From Folioceros fuciformis (lineage: Eukaryota): a stretch of 40,030 bases of DNA. The notes below the pieces were generated by a model. That model made no database searches and was not told the origin of the DNA. It saw only the letters and a program-made list of their open reading frames with translations. Every line of letters begins with the position of its first letter. Within the stretch, counting starts at the first letter, position 1. Made by a program: the position numbers and the translations under genes. Where the stretch lies: positions 18,201-58,230 of the forward strand of contig JBNGIO010006373.1 of NCBI GenBank assembly GCA_049999805.1, in the 5' to 3' direction. Shown here one piece after another: positions 11,101 to 23,935 of the stretch.

Positions 11101-13583
11101 CAGCTGAGACGAGGAGAGTCAAAAGAAAGGGAGGAGGGGCAAACCAGGATTCACATCACAGACATCTCAAGGACACATGGAGCACGAGTTCAGGACGACT
11201 GAAAAGAATCAACTTACCATGACTGACCTAGACCGAGAACTTTGAAGCTCCTGCAAAAACTTCGTCAAAGCTCCAAGCCTCACCCTTCCCTTGACCTCAA
11301 TCACTTTTGACCACTCATTCAAATCCGCCTTGTCTCCACTGCAGAGCCATATGAACGCGAAAAATGGTCAGCCACCCGGGCTACCAACCAGCAAGCCTGT
11401 ACTGAGCTAAAATAAATCACAATTAAACAAAGAGCCAAAACTAGAGTGTTACCTTCGGAAGAATATTCTCACTGGTGTCAATTTGGAATTGTTCGTCTGC
11501 AAGTTCCCCTCCCAAACCATTACGCATGGTGCAGGAGAAGGTGATGCCTCCACCTCTTGCTTACCTGCTTTTTCTGCTGCTGCCTTCTCTTCCACTACTG
11601 CATCTCGAGACTCCTGAAAATCATCCATTGACGGGATAGCCGGCAAATTGGGGTCCAGGGTGGTTTCTGTTGCCAACTCGACGTCTGGCATGTCTGTGTC
11701 CAGATCATTCCTGTCGGCATCAGCATCCGTCACAGGTGGTGGAGATGCTGCATTCCTTGCCACCTCTGTCAGTACCAGATCCTCTGTTTCGTTCTTCACA
11801 TCTATCTCTTCTTTTGTAACATTCTTGGAGGGGCTTTGATGAATCGCAGTCACCTCGACACTAGGAAGGACATCCTGGACATCCTTCTCCTCATAAATCT
11901 GGAACTCCCCTTTATGAGTCTTTTTCACAATGAACCGTGGGTCCACATCTGCATCTGTCAATACCACCATGTGTGCGAGCTCCTCAGCTTTGGCAGTCCT
12001 CCACTCCGACAGTTCCTTGGAGGCCAGTTCTTCTGCTGTCATGTTGCACAAAGTCTCTGGGGTTATTTCCCCAGAAAAGACCCGAGCCCGCAGCTCCGGA
12101 TTATTCTTATCCTTGAGATTGAAAAGCAGGGACCGTGCCTTCTCTTTGTACTTTTTGTTCACTCCTCCAAAAACTACGAACAACTGAGACTCGATACTGA
12201 CGGCAACTTTCCTAGCTTGCTCCACCACACGCTGCTGTAGCAGCTCAACTTCAGCCATGATATTCTCGCTGTGGCCATCCTTCATCTCAGTGTCAGGCTC
12301 CTTAGCGGCAGTCTCAATCGACTCCATCGCGGACAAATCATCCTCAACTTTCAGCTCGCCATCTGCCACGAAAAATTGCCGCCCACCAGTCCCTTCGACT
12401 TCAATGCAGGGGACATCCCCAGCCACATCATCACGGGATGTTTCTTCAAGCCCTACCATATCAACGTCCACCTTGTCTCCTTTCGTCACGTTGTTGGGCT
12501 CATTGGCACGAGTGTTCCCATCCCCACCCACGTCCGCTTTAGGTTCCGACTCTGCATTCCCGATCTGGGAACTGTCGACAATTTGCAAGGCCGAAGTCAA
12601 CGAATCGCGCAGTTTCAGTCTCGTCGACTCCACCTGCGGAGCAGAAACGGCGGTTTTCGGCGAGGTAGACTCGAGCATCACCACCTTGTTATCGAGCTCT
12701 TGTTTCTGCCGTTGCTTGTCATGCCACCCAATCATCTGCTTCAATGAGACATCATCCACGGGAGACGCAGATGCCACACCTTGCTCCGGCCGATGGCGTT
12801 GCTTCGTTCTGGAAATGGCCTCAAGCTTCTTCAGCGGAGCTTTATCCCCAACAACATGAGGAATGTTTACTTCAGCGCCAAAGGGAACTTCATGTGCATA
12901 CGTGCTCTTTGTTTCAAAACCATAAAGAGAGTTTGACACATAATTGTATGGTGGCAATGTATCCACAAAAGCAAAGGGATCATTCGGCGGCTCGAACCAC
13001 GGAAAAAGAGTCATCCGTTGTGGCGCTGCTGGTCCACTCGTCCACTGCGAATGTGCCTTCAAATCCTCCTCCGCAGGAATCTGAAAGGTCTTGATACCCT
13101 GCTGCGCATCGTGATCCACCACCTGCTACCACAACGGGCACCACAAAAGGCATGTAGATCAGCGCCCCTCGCACACAAGAAAGAACAAAGACCAGCTCCT
13201 CCCAAGTCAGAAACCCGTCACGATCTTCTCTCACACACAGAAGCTAAACTCCAGGCTAGCAATAAATGATAGCGGCACACATCACGCAACATACACGGCA
13301 TGTCCCAGCCATCAGCTCCCAACAACAAGGAAGGCCCCCGCAAAACTCTTCAAGCTCCACCACACAAACCCCAGAGCCTGGACCAGCCCGCACCGGGGAT
13401 GAGAGGAGGGCACCAAACAACCAAGGCCGGCGAACGGCAACAGAAGCAGCAAAGAAATCAAGGACACAGATCTTGGTCAGGAAACTGGCACAACAAGTAT
13501 GGCACCAGCCGTGGCACCGACGGAGGGGTAAGGAGAGTCACCTCAGAAACGCCACCACCAAATCTCATCTCTGAAGTCCCCAT
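8148..13583 (-). CDS. TFIIS central domain + SPOC domain protein (BORDER/PHF3/DIDO-like transcription elongation regulator); 5 exons
   Basis: Phase-consistent GT-AG exons: 13583-13542 (tentative), 13122-11453, 11338-11218, 10671-10612 and 10442-8148. TFIIS_M motif: IESQLF..FGGVNKKYKEKARSLLFNLKDKNNPELR..LCNMTAEELASKEL. SPOC motif: VWEG..RSGDK..EW..IEVKGRVRL..FLQELQSSRSRSVM..ERVGYAEP..GFELYLLPP. A conserved DEDDLPEFDF motif and an RS/RE-rich C-terminus follow. Confidence 0.9.
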
Positions 13584-14419
13584 GGGCCCAGCTCATCGCT
13601 CAGCTCTATCCTCCGGGTGATACCGGTCGGGTTGCCAGGTCCCAGCGGAGGCGGCAAAGAAACCAAACCGATCCCGCTTCCGCTCTCTCAAGACGTGACC
13701 TAGAGCGCAACTGAACCTCACCCCTTGAAAGTTACACACGCTTTATGCACCCGAGGGAATTAAGTTAGGTCACATGCATTAGAGTGCTGGCAGCAGGCTC
13801 CATCCCGAGATGCACATGAGTGACGGGCAAACTATGGAAATCGAGACAGCACAAAAAGCTGGAAGGAATCTGTTTCATTCAGAATAACGCAATAACGTCC
13901 TCCAACACGTACATTCCTTTCCGTTCCCTTCTGTATTCTATAGAGGTTGTGACGGGCCATCCAATATAGAATTTCATGAACCATCCTTCCTTGATTAGGA
14001 TGGTTAACATTCATTCTCATATTCTTTTGACTCATATTTATTTATTTATTTTATTTTACTATAATTATAAGTAGAGAGTTTATTAGAATTAAGAAATAAT
14101 AAAACTCATTTATCTTGAAGGCAAAGTACATGTCCCAGGGATGTCTTGACGAGTATGAGAACGGAAATTGACGTTTTCCACACTCACATTATCACTCTTG
14201 AATTGTTCTAGACACAATCTCTAGTTTACTTGAGAAAAACAAGATGAGAAACCCATCTCCTCCACAAGAGGGGGACAAAACCACCAAAGGTGATTGGGTC
14301 ATCACGAGAGAGCTGGTGAGCCTAAATACTACCAACAACACCCCCAGATACTATGGTCCGGAGGAATAAGGTTCTACCTACCTACCTTTGGTCTCATTTG
14401 ATGTTGCCTCCTCTGCTAC

Positions 14420-14900
14420 TTTCGTGGTCTTCATGGCAAGGGGGATAAAGGTGTGTAATCCTTGCAAAGGGGTGTACTTGTGAATCTTGGCCAATGCACT
14501 CTCCTCATCCATCCAACCTCAAGAGTTGAGGACAACATGCTCATAGACTGACTCAACCTATCGTAGACCCTATTATCGTTGCTCGTAGACCAACTTCAGT
14601 CCATGACAAGCACATCTACAACAAATTTCTATTCTCCTTGATGAAGGAGAAGGAGAGTCAAGAGAGAAACGCTGTTGAGCGAAGTACATGAGCCCACGCT
14701 GTTGAGCAAAGTACATGAGCCCTTCTTGAAGGACAGAAAATTGGCCTTTGTGNNNNNNNNNNGCAAAGTACATGAGCCCTTCTTGAAGGACAGAAAATTG
14801 GCCTTTGTGGTCAATGAAACGTGACATGCTTTGCATTTGTGCTTAGTGATGTGTTGTTCCCAACACAGTAATGGACATTATGTGTTCTAAAGTTGTCCAG
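14420..14900 (-). mobile_element. Highly decayed CRE-like RLE retrotransposon fragment, copy 2
   Basis: Minus strand ~14495-14428 reads AKIHKYTPLQGLHTFIPLAMKT, matching the K..KY...HTFIPLA.ET motif of copies 1 and 3. The upstream sequence is frameshifted and spans a 10-N gap. Confidence 0.45.
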
Positions 14901-15364
14901 TGGTAGTTGTAGGAGAAGAAAGAGTAAGACAAAGGCTAGACTAAACCAAAGTAAAACCTCATCACATTAGAGAATGTGGCTAAGTCGAAGCAAGGATTGA
15001 AAACCTGGATTCTTGAAACCTGGATTCTTTCCGCCAAGGGATAGAAGTTGAAGTTAATCTTGAGAAGAAGATTGAGCTACATTTGCTCATATTCCATTTC
15101 AAGAAGCTTAGAGCCCTCAGGTGCCCATCAAGGCATAAGAGCCTTTGCCACACAAGAAAGAGAGTCCCCATCGAGGAGGCATAGTAGCCTTTGGCCACAT
15201 AAGAGAGTCCCTAGCCGTTCTATGAAGGAACCAACAAACTCGAAGAAAAGGATCAACGAAAATGAGGGTCTTGTTCTATAGGTTGGGTCGTATATGGGAG
15301 TAGAGCCCAGAACCATGTACGTAGACCACCTACGGATTCGTACACCTGTGCTTATCGGCGCTGT

Positions 15365-16163
15365 CTACTTGGTAGCGAGCCTGAGAGCAGGCTGCTCACC
15401 GGCCTCGTGCTGTAGGATGGATGGGAACTCGGTAGTCTTGGAGTCTAGTCCAGAGGACCATGACCAAGTGATCTCAAAGTTCACATACGTGCACGCCAGC
15501 ACGTTTCCGGCAACATCCAGAATTTGCAGCTTGATTTTGTAGGAGCCCTGCCCACAGTTGGCAACACAACGCAGCCTTTTGTCAGACAAAGGCATCCCCT
15601 GAGGAAGGGACCTTACAACACCAAGCCAACGGGGAACGGCCAGAGAACACACCGGGGGAGTGATCTTCGGAAGGACTTCAGAATTGCTCAATGTGAATTC
15701 ACCAGGCTGGATAGGGCACGGCGTCTTGGAGCACAAGTCGTCCTTTTCGCTGTGCACAGGGATGTTGTGGAAGTATACGGTGATGGATACTGTCCCGCCC
15801 GTGATCTCCTGATCTGAACACAGGCACGCATACACAAAGCGTGAATCCCCAGACCGCACGGACATGACGGAATATTGTGGCAAACCTGCACCGGACAGCA
15901 CGTACCAGTGGTCGCTGGCACTAGGAACTCAGCGACATCTCCGCTCACGACAGGGTCTGGATTCACCGTCACACCCTGCACGGTGATAGGATATGCCCTC
16001 GAGTCTGCAATGCGACCACAAGGTGAGAAGCCCGGCAAACCCCTGCGATATCCGACCTTGAAGGAAGAAGAAACCAACCGCAAACGCTCCACGATGATGT
16101 TGCTAATGTTGGAGGAATTACAGCTCCCAACGCCAGCACCAAGACTAGGGCGAGGAACCCCAT
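15365..16163 (-). CDS. ML (MD-2-related lipid recognition)/NPC2-like PG/PI transfer protein; 4 exons
   Basis: Phase-consistent GT-AG exons: 16163-16079, 16004-15906, 15813-15653 and 15547-15365. The product has a signal peptide MGFLALVLVLALGAV, then WSVCD..YPITVQGVTVNPDPVVSG..GG.V.I.V....PVHSEKDDLC..T.CPI.PG.F....LP..TPPGSY..K.......LAC..F.I. Confidence 0.92.
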
Positions 16164-17515
16164 CGCAATCGTGGTATGCGCGCGTCCTCCTGTCGCGATG
16201 GGAATAGGTGCCCTGGCAGCGGGACTCGAGGACTAAGAAGGCTCTTTTTGTTGCTCGATAGGGTTTGTGGTGGGGCATATGCCGTGGTGGTACACCCAGA
16301 AGGTTCATCTCGCACAATGGTGGAATTCAGAGAGGACATCGTGGCCACCATGGGGAGCTCAACCCTGGAGAGGCTCGACATGTTTCAGGCTGCAGGTTAC
16401 GGCAGGAACAGTAGTCCAGTAGTCGAATTTGCCTTTGGCTGCGGATCTGCAGTACATCGATCCAAGCTCAATTTTGGAGATGGAAATGGTGTGTCCCAGT
16501 TCCTCATTTCCGTAGTGCACATTACGTAGTTGCGTGTTCTCACGCTCGGTTATCGAAGTCCTCTGGAAATCTGGACGATGAGCTCACCGGATCACATTAA
16601 CAAACATTCACTAGGATTACTTTCTAAATGCTAAGCCATCGCGCACCCACCGTTCATCACAATCCCTGCAATTTCCGGCACGCTCTCTCTGCTGCTTCGG
16701 GAGGCACTCCTGAAATGCAATTGCGGGCAGGCTCGGTGCTTTGCTGCTGTGGAGCCATAGTCTGAAAAGTTTGAACTGGTGCTCAGTTTGTCAGGAACTC
16801 GTGCCGATGTGATGTCAGGAACTGGAAAATCCTTTGTGTGTGAGTTACTAGGATGTGAGGGGTATTCAGAAGACTGAAGGTTCTTGGAGAATCCTTGAGT
16901 TAGTTCCAAGTAACTGCTCTGAATGACAACTGAGAATCACAAAGCCTCTGCTCGATTTGCAACCCGGCTGCAGCTGCACGTCTGCCATCTCTCTCGGCAC
17001 AGCCCGTGTCTCTCCTGCGACGGTCGAGAGCTCGAGAACCAGCGGCCCCTCGCGGCAACGGCGCACTGCGTCAAGAAGGTATAGGCTACGGAACATGGTA
17101 CGCTAGACAACTGGAAGGGACAGACGCGGGAGGGAGACAGAAATGAACCCTGGTTGCCCCAAGCCTGACCGATAACGCTGAGAACACCTGGTACACAGTA
17201 TTGATCTCCGTTTAGTGGATAAGTCGCCTAAAGAAACTTCTCTCCTCGGAGTTTATTCGAAGTAGAGTACTACCTATACGTGCAACTGACCTGCATACAT
17301 ATGTAGTAGGTGGTGGCTTTGCACTCGGACCCGACCGTAGCTGGCTGCCCTAATTTTTCAAAGCTCAGCGGGAGGCAAAGTTGGACGGCACCTGAGAGTC
17401 CCGGCAGTGCGCCCAATCGTTCTCGTGTAGGACGGTGCGGGTGGAGGGATCTCAAGGGTTTCCAGCAAGCTGTCTGTCCAGGTTTTGATTTTTATCCTAC
17501 CTTGAAGGCAGAGAC

Positions 17516-20046
17516 ATGGGGAAGAAAAAGAAGAAGACCCTCAAGGTTTGGTGCTTCTACTGCGAGCGCGAGTTTGAGGATGAGAAGATTCTCATTCAGC
17601 ACCAGAAGGCCAAACATTTCAAGTGCCATGTTTGCCACAAGAAGCTATCCACGGCTGGAGGAATGGTGGTGCACGTTCTCCAAGTGCACAAAGAGTCTAT
17701 CACAAAGTAGGTTCTCAGACCTTGCGAGCGGCTTGACCGCTGGAAGGGCTGATAATTGAGCTTTCTGACGGAGTGCACCTCTAGAGCATCACTCTCTGGG
17801 TGACTGTTGGCATTCTTGGACGATGCTTACCTTAATCGAGCTTATGCGTGCAGAGTCCCAAACGCGAAGCCTGACAGAGAGTCTACTGAGCTGGAGATTT
17901 TTGGAATGGAGGGCATTCCCCTGGAAATTTTAGCCGCCCACGATGGAAGTGAGCTTGTAGACGGTATTCACCTCTGCCTTGAACCTGTGTATTGAGATTG
18001 GTGCTCATGTTTGTGTGTGAAGAGCATGCCCATATTTTCAAGTGCGTGAATGGATTCCTATTCTCTCTGTGGAACTCTCCACCGATTCCTCTTCAAGATC
18101 TAGGGTGCTGAGGAAATTGCGGCTCCACTGCCGTACAATTTTTTTGTGTGATCCGTGTGTTTTTGACGGAGTCTGGTCTTCTTGGTTGGCCTGTAGCCAT
18201 GCCTGTGCTGCTCGTATGGTGGTGGCCCTGGGATTTTCTCTGTTTTGTTGATTGGGAAACTTTTGTGACCTGGTGAATTGGAAAGGGATCAGTACATTTG
18301 ATGCTCGTGGTAAAGTTGATTCGTCACGGGTCATCTTAAGGAACACGTATGGTGTTTAAGGTCAGAAGAGTATCTCCTTTGTGATTCCTGGTAACCATTG
18401 CATGTCCAAGCATGTAGGGTTGGTTTGAGTGTATCATGTTTTTATTTCAAAGGTTCAATAATAACTTTTTATGGGAGCTTCGTGTTACACAGAAGAAGAA
18501 AGGCCATCGAAGGTTGTGAGGGTGGAGATCCCCCCACCTTCTGCATATGGAGGAATAGTTATGGGATCGTCCGCACTGGGTATGGCCCCCCAACCGCTGT
18601 ATACTGCAATTCCGCCTGTGTAAGTATCTCTTCCCTACCTTACACTTGGTGCCTTTCTGTGTGCCAGGTGTTGGATGCATGATTTCCATCAAGGTGCGTA
18701 GGACATTTCTTTTGGTGTAGGGAAATCTTTTGCTTCTTGAGCTTAGTGATGTGATGGGAAACCATGATTCATGTAGCTGTTCAGACATGTTGTCCAGACA
18801 TGCCCACGTTGTGTTCGATCTAGGGGGCCTTGACAGCAAGCCTGATAGATCAGATAAGTGCTGGACATGAAAGGGATTGGGAACCGCTCATGTTGGCTTG
18901 CTGGGTTCTGTATGATGGTTAGCGAAGTAGTAGTCTGTGTGTGACTGACTACGATGAAGATCTCTAACTCTTGCTAATATTTCGATTTGCTGTGATCCTC
19001 CAGGTACGTTCCTCCTCCTCCAGGTGCACCTCGACCACCGTCTTGGCCACAACAGCCGCCTATGAACCAGCCTTGGTCATCTATGCCTATGCCAGGACAA
19101 GGTTTGATGCCCTCCCGACCTCCTCAACCACCCCAACCTCTGTTTCCCATCCAAAATGTGCGTCCTTCTCCGGCTAATCCAAGTCCTGGAGTACCTGGCT
19201 TGTCGCAACCCCTGTTTCCCATCCGACCACCTTCAGCCTCGTCTCCTCCTCCTCCTTCTGCGCAGCCCTTGTTTCCTCTTGGAGCTCCTGCTAATGGGAT
19301 TCCGAGTGGCCACTTGTCGCCTACTTTGCCTCCACCTCCTGGTTTGACATCAAGCCCATTGGCACCGAGGCCACCTGGAGACGAAGGACAGAGTCTAGTG
19401 AGCAACTTAACAGCTTCTTCGCCCATGTCATCCGCAAGGCCACCGGTGCCACCGCCCCATCTGTATGGAGGTAAGTCTACTTCCCAGTCGGTATTGCTAG
19501 TTTCGTTCCGGTCACTGTGACTTTACAATGAGGAGGACTGACGGAAACGATAACAGGCATGCCTCTCATACCACCACCCATCAGCCACATGTATGCGTCG
19601 GGACCAAACACCGGCGGTCCATCCATTGGACCACCTCCAGTGATATCAAACAAGCCACCAGTCCCTCCAGGCACAGTGACTGAAGTTTACCTGGTTTGGG
19701 ATGACGAGTTAATGTCCATGGTATTTTCTCTCTCCATACTCGCATGGTTTATGCAAATCCATTGTCTCTTGCTTAATGAATCGGCTCTCGCTGACCCATC
19801 TCATTCTTCTTTCACAGGAAGAAAGACGGGCAGCATTACCCCAATATCAAGTCCAGGAGGATGAAGTGCAGGTAAACTGAAGGATTTGATCTAAAATGGC
19901 CGCCACCTGACATGACAATCCTCCATCTGCAGCTGGACGTGTTTCTGAACCATGGCCTGCGTCTATTTCAGATGAACACAGTAGATGCTGCTATTGATAG
20001 AAGAATTTTGGAAAGCAGTTTGCGGATGGAATTCGAAGTAGCGTAG
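17516..20046 (+). CDS. SUF4: SUPPRESSOR OF FRI 4 / ZNF207 (BuGZ) C2H2 zinc-finger, proline-rich protein; 7 exons
   Basis: Phase-consistent GT-AG exons: 17516-17706, 17854-17948, 18493-18619, 19004-19470, 19557-19720, 19818-19871 and 19972-20046. N-terminus: [76 protein letters not shown]-terminus: [52 protein letters not shown]. Confidence 0.95.
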
Positions 20047-20544
20047 ATTACTGTAGGTGTAACCTTTAAATCTTGCTCTTTGAACGTGTTCTGCTTGGGC
20101 GTCTATGCCCTTGCTGTTGAGCAAAAAATTGTCTTTCATTGCGAGTTGCACCTCCCTCTGCTCGAAAATGTGCACGCAAATCTTTTCTTCCGCCATTTGC
20201 CCTTGCCCGGGCACGAGCTTTTACGACTAGATCCGTTTAGCAGCTTCCATCATCTCAGCAATTACTGGATACACTCCACACTCTAGCAGGAAATTGGACT
20301 TTGAAATTACAATTACAGTAGTTCGTAACATCGAAAGGCGAAGCCGAAGAGAGAGAAAGGACAACAGACTCCTGGACCTTTGGGTTCCGGAATACCCAGA
20401 CTTCAATGCATCATCCGTGCTCAACCCTGGTTAAACCAATCAGGGTTTGTGAAGTGGTTGACAAAGGCGTTAGCGCCAGGACGGTGTTGATCGTGCCAAT
20501 TGGCAAAAAATGTGTCTAGTAGGATCCCGATCCTACTATTGACC

Positions 20545-20607
20545 CTTCTCCAGTCTTCTGGAACTGTGTCTCCGGTAGGGTCTGGGCCCTCTCTGCGTCG
20601 ATATAAT
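20545..20607 (+). promoter_or_regulatory. Heat-shock element (gap-type nTTCn-(5 nt)-nTTCnnGAAn) and TATA-like box of HSP101
   Basis: cTTCtccagtcTTCtgGAAc at 20545-20564 has TTC/TTC/GAA units in the correct 5-nt phase. TATAAT lies at 20602-20607, upstream of an HSP101 gene. Confidence 0.65.
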
Positions 20608-20859
20608 GGGCTCTCACGCAGTCAGATCAGCAGATCTCTCGTCGATCATCCATAGCTACACATTCAGTGGTGCGTGGGAGAGTGAAGAATACGCAAGAAT
20701 TCGCGATTTGGATAAGCGGATCACGACTCGCAGCGGAGGGGAAGGAGGAAGAGGAAGCGGAAGAGAAGGAGGAGCAGCAGCAGAAGAAGAAGAGGCCAAT
20801 CTTGAAGAAGAAGAGGCCAAGCTTGGAGACGAAGCCGAACATTTGCTGGTGTTGCGTCC

Positions 20860-23765
20860 ATGAGCGGAGGAACCATGAATCCGGCGAACTTCACCAACAA
20901 GACGAATGAGGCCCTGGCAGCGGGCCACGAACTGGCCCTCAACGCGGGGCATGCGCAGTACACTCCCTTGCATCTGATTCAGGCCTTCCTAGAGGACAGA
21001 GAGGGCCTGCTCCGTCAGGCCCTTACTACAGCTGGCACGGAGGAGGCTGTGGCCTCGGTGGAGAGGGTGGTGGATAGGGCCGTGAAGAAGCTGCCCTCGC
21101 AAACGCCTGCGCCGGACGAGGTTCCTGCCAACAGCGCTCTTGTGAAGGCCATTCGGAAGGGGCAGAATTTACAGAAGAAGAGAGGGGACACGCACCTTGC
21201 CGTGGATCAGCTGCTCTTGGGGCTGCTGGAGGATTCTCAGGTGCTGGAGTTGTTTCGGGAGGCTGGAGTGTCCATGGCGGCTCTCAAGCGGGCCCTGGAG
21301 GGCATCCGTGGAGATAGCAAGAAGGTGGAGGGAGCGACCGGGGACACCAATTACCAGGCCTTGAAGAAGTATGGCAGAGACCTTGTGGAGGACGCGCCGA
21401 AGTTGGATCCTGTCATCGGGAGGGATGAGGAGATCCGAAGAGTGGTGCGGATTCTGTCGCGGCGGACCAAGAACAACCCGGTGCTCATCGGGGAGCCTGG
21501 AGTGGGGAAGACGGCAGTGGTGGAGGGGTTGGCTCAGCGGATTGTGCGAGGGGATGTGCCGAGCAATTTGGTGGATGTGCGGGTGGTTGCGTTAGACATG
21601 GGAGCGCTGATTGCTGGAGCTAAGTACAGGGGAGAATTCGAGGAGCGGCTCAAGGCCGTGCTGAAGGAGGTGGAAGAGGCGGCGGGGAAGGTGATTCTCT
21701 TCATCGATGAAGTGCACCTTGTGCTTGGGGCTGGGAGGACCGAGGGGTCCATGGATGCTGCCAATTTGTTCAAGCCTATGCTGGCCCGGGGGCAGTTGCG
21801 GTGCATCGGAGCGACAACGTTGGAGGAGTATAGGAAGTATGTAGAGAAGGATGCGGCTTTCGAGAGGAGGTTCCAGCAGGTCCTTGTGAAGGAGCCGAGC
21901 CCGGAGGACACCATCACTATTTTGAGAGGGTTGAAGGAGAAATACGAGACGCACCATGGCGTGCGCATTTTGGACCGGGCCTTGGTTATTGCTGCTCAGC
22001 TGTCGGCGAGGTACATCACCGGGAGGTTTCTGCCGGACAAGGCAATTGACTTGGTGGACGAGGCTTGTGCGAATGTGCGGGTGCAGCTGGACAGCCAGCC
22101 CGAGGTTATTGACCAGTTGGAGCGGCGGAGGATTCAACTCGAGGTGGAGCTGCATGCTCTGGAGAAGGAAACTGATAAGGCCAGCAAGGCTCGGCTAGCC
22201 GAGGTGAAGAAGGAGCTGGAGAACTTGAAGGAGAAGCTGCAGCCGCTGGCTATGAGGTATCAGAGGGAGAAGAAGAGGCTTGATGAGTTGAGGCGTCTGA
22301 AGCAGAAAAGGGAGGAGACGACGCGCAGCATCCAGGAGGCGGAGAGGCGCATGGATCTCGCGAGAGTGGCGGATTTGAAGTACGGTGCTCTCCAAGAGAT
22401 TGAGAACACCATTTTGCGACTTGAGGAGGAGCTCGGAGAGAACTCCATGTTGACTGAGACTGTCCATCCAGAGCATATTGCAGAGGTTGTTAGTCGATGG
22501 ACGGGCATCCCTGTCACGAGACTTGGTGAAGATGAAAAAGAGAAGCTCATGGGGTTAGCGCAGCGGCTGCACGAGCGTGTTGTGGGGCAGGACGAGGCTG
22601 TGGAAGCTGTGGCTGATGCCATTCTGAGGTCCAGGGCTGGACTTGGTAGACCGCAGCAGCCTATGGGGTCCTTCCTCTTCCTTGGACCCACTGGCGTCGG
22701 GAAAACTGAACTTGCCAAGGCATTGGCAGAGCAGCTCTTCGATGATGAGAAACAGCTGATCCGTATTGACATGTCGGAGTTTCAGGAGCAGCATGCTGTT
22801 GCTAGGTTGGTGGGTGCACCTCCAGGGTATGTGGGGTATGATGAAGGGGGCCAGTTGACGGAAGCGGTTCGAAGGAAGCCCTACAGTGTAGTTCTTTTTG
22901 ACGAGGTGGAGAAGGCCCACTCCTCCGTTTTCAACATCCTCTTGCAGATCCTGGATGATGGAAGGCTGACTGATGGACATGGAAGGACAGTGGACTTCAC
23001 TAACACAATTGTCATCCTTACTTCTAACCTCGGTGCCGAGCACCTCCTTGCTGGCCTGTCAGGGGAAATATCCCTGGAGCAGGCTAAGGCAAGAGTCCTG
23101 GACACGGTATGTTCAGAAACCAAAACTGTCCGTCTTGAGGCCACGTAGGACTTTGTGGGTTCCTGTGTTCTGACATTTATGTCCGCCTCTTGCAGGTTAA
23201 GTTTCACTTCAAACCAGAATTTCTGAACAGACTGGACGACATCGTTGTCTTCAAACCATTGTCTCGAGAGCAGCTCCGAAAGATTGCACGGTTGCAACTG
23301 AAGGACATAGCAAGGAGGCTTGCAGAGAGGGGCATTGCTCTAGCAGTGACAGACCAAGCGATTGACCTTGTGTTGGGAGAGGCATATGATCCGGTGTACG
23401 GTGCCCGCCCTCTCCGCCGTTGGTTGGAGAAAAAGGTGGTAACACAGTTGTCCCGGATGTTGGTAAATGGTGAGATCGACGAAAACTCGACCGTCATCAT
23501 CGATTCCAATCTACTACAGAAGCTGCTGTCGTACCGCGTGGAGAAGGGCGGTATGATTGACGCAAAAACGGGCAAATTGAATGAGCTTCTCATTCTTGTG
23601 CCTCCTCGGCCTAAGGATGAAGACAACCACGCCTTCAAGAAGGTTAAGATAACTGACCTCGACGAGGATGACGAGATGGCCGATCAAGATGGCTTTGAGA
23701 ATATGGACGGCTGGAGAGCTGAAGATGAGAAACCAGGGAATGGCCTTCGAGGCAGAGGATTGTAG
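20860..23765 (+). CDS. HSP101: Cytosolic chaperone ClpB1/HSP101; 2 exons
   Basis: Exons are 20860(or 20875)-23106 and 23196-23765, with an 89-nt GTATGT..TGCAG intron. The N-terminus is [14 protein letters not shown] with no transit peptide. There are two AAA+ modules ([16 protein letters not shown]), a ClpB coiled-coil M-domain, YGARPLRRW and an acidic tail. Confidence 0.97.
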
Positions 23766-23935
23766 ACAGTTTTTTTCGAGGCAGAGGATTGTAGGCAGGT
23801 CTTGCGACGCAGAAGATTGGAGGCAGTCTTTTGCGAGACAGCATTGTAGACGGAGGTTTGCGAGGCATGGGATTGTAGACCTTTATCGCAACGCGGAAGG
23901 TGGTAGGAACATTTTTTCGGGGTAGAGGATCTTTT
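23746..23935 (+). repeat. Degenerate ~28-29 nt minisatellite (~7 units) spanning the HSP101 stop codon
   Basis: Units include TTCGAGGCAGAGGATTGTAGACAG, TTCGAGGCAGAGGATTGTAGGCAG, TGCGACGCAGAAGATTGGAGGCAG, TGCGAGACAGCATTGTAGACGG and TGCGAGGCATGGGATTGTAGAC, then more degenerate copies. Confidence 0.8.

Noticed and set aside
14665-14810. 46-nt direct duplication flanking a 10-N gap
   Set aside because: Identical sequence on both sides of a gap is most likely a contig-overlap assembly artefact.
16808-16878. Possible box C/D snoRNA (GTGATGT...CTGA)
   Set aside because: The C box is imperfect, with no terminal stem or recognisable rRNA guide.
20606-20863. 85-aa uORF upstream of HSP101
   Set aside because: Its ATG overlaps the TATA-like box, so it probably lies upstream of the transcription start.
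21371-23638. Multiple long antisense ORFs within HSP101
   Set aside because: This is the familiar codon-bias shadow of GC-rich chaperone genes, and there is no independent evidence.
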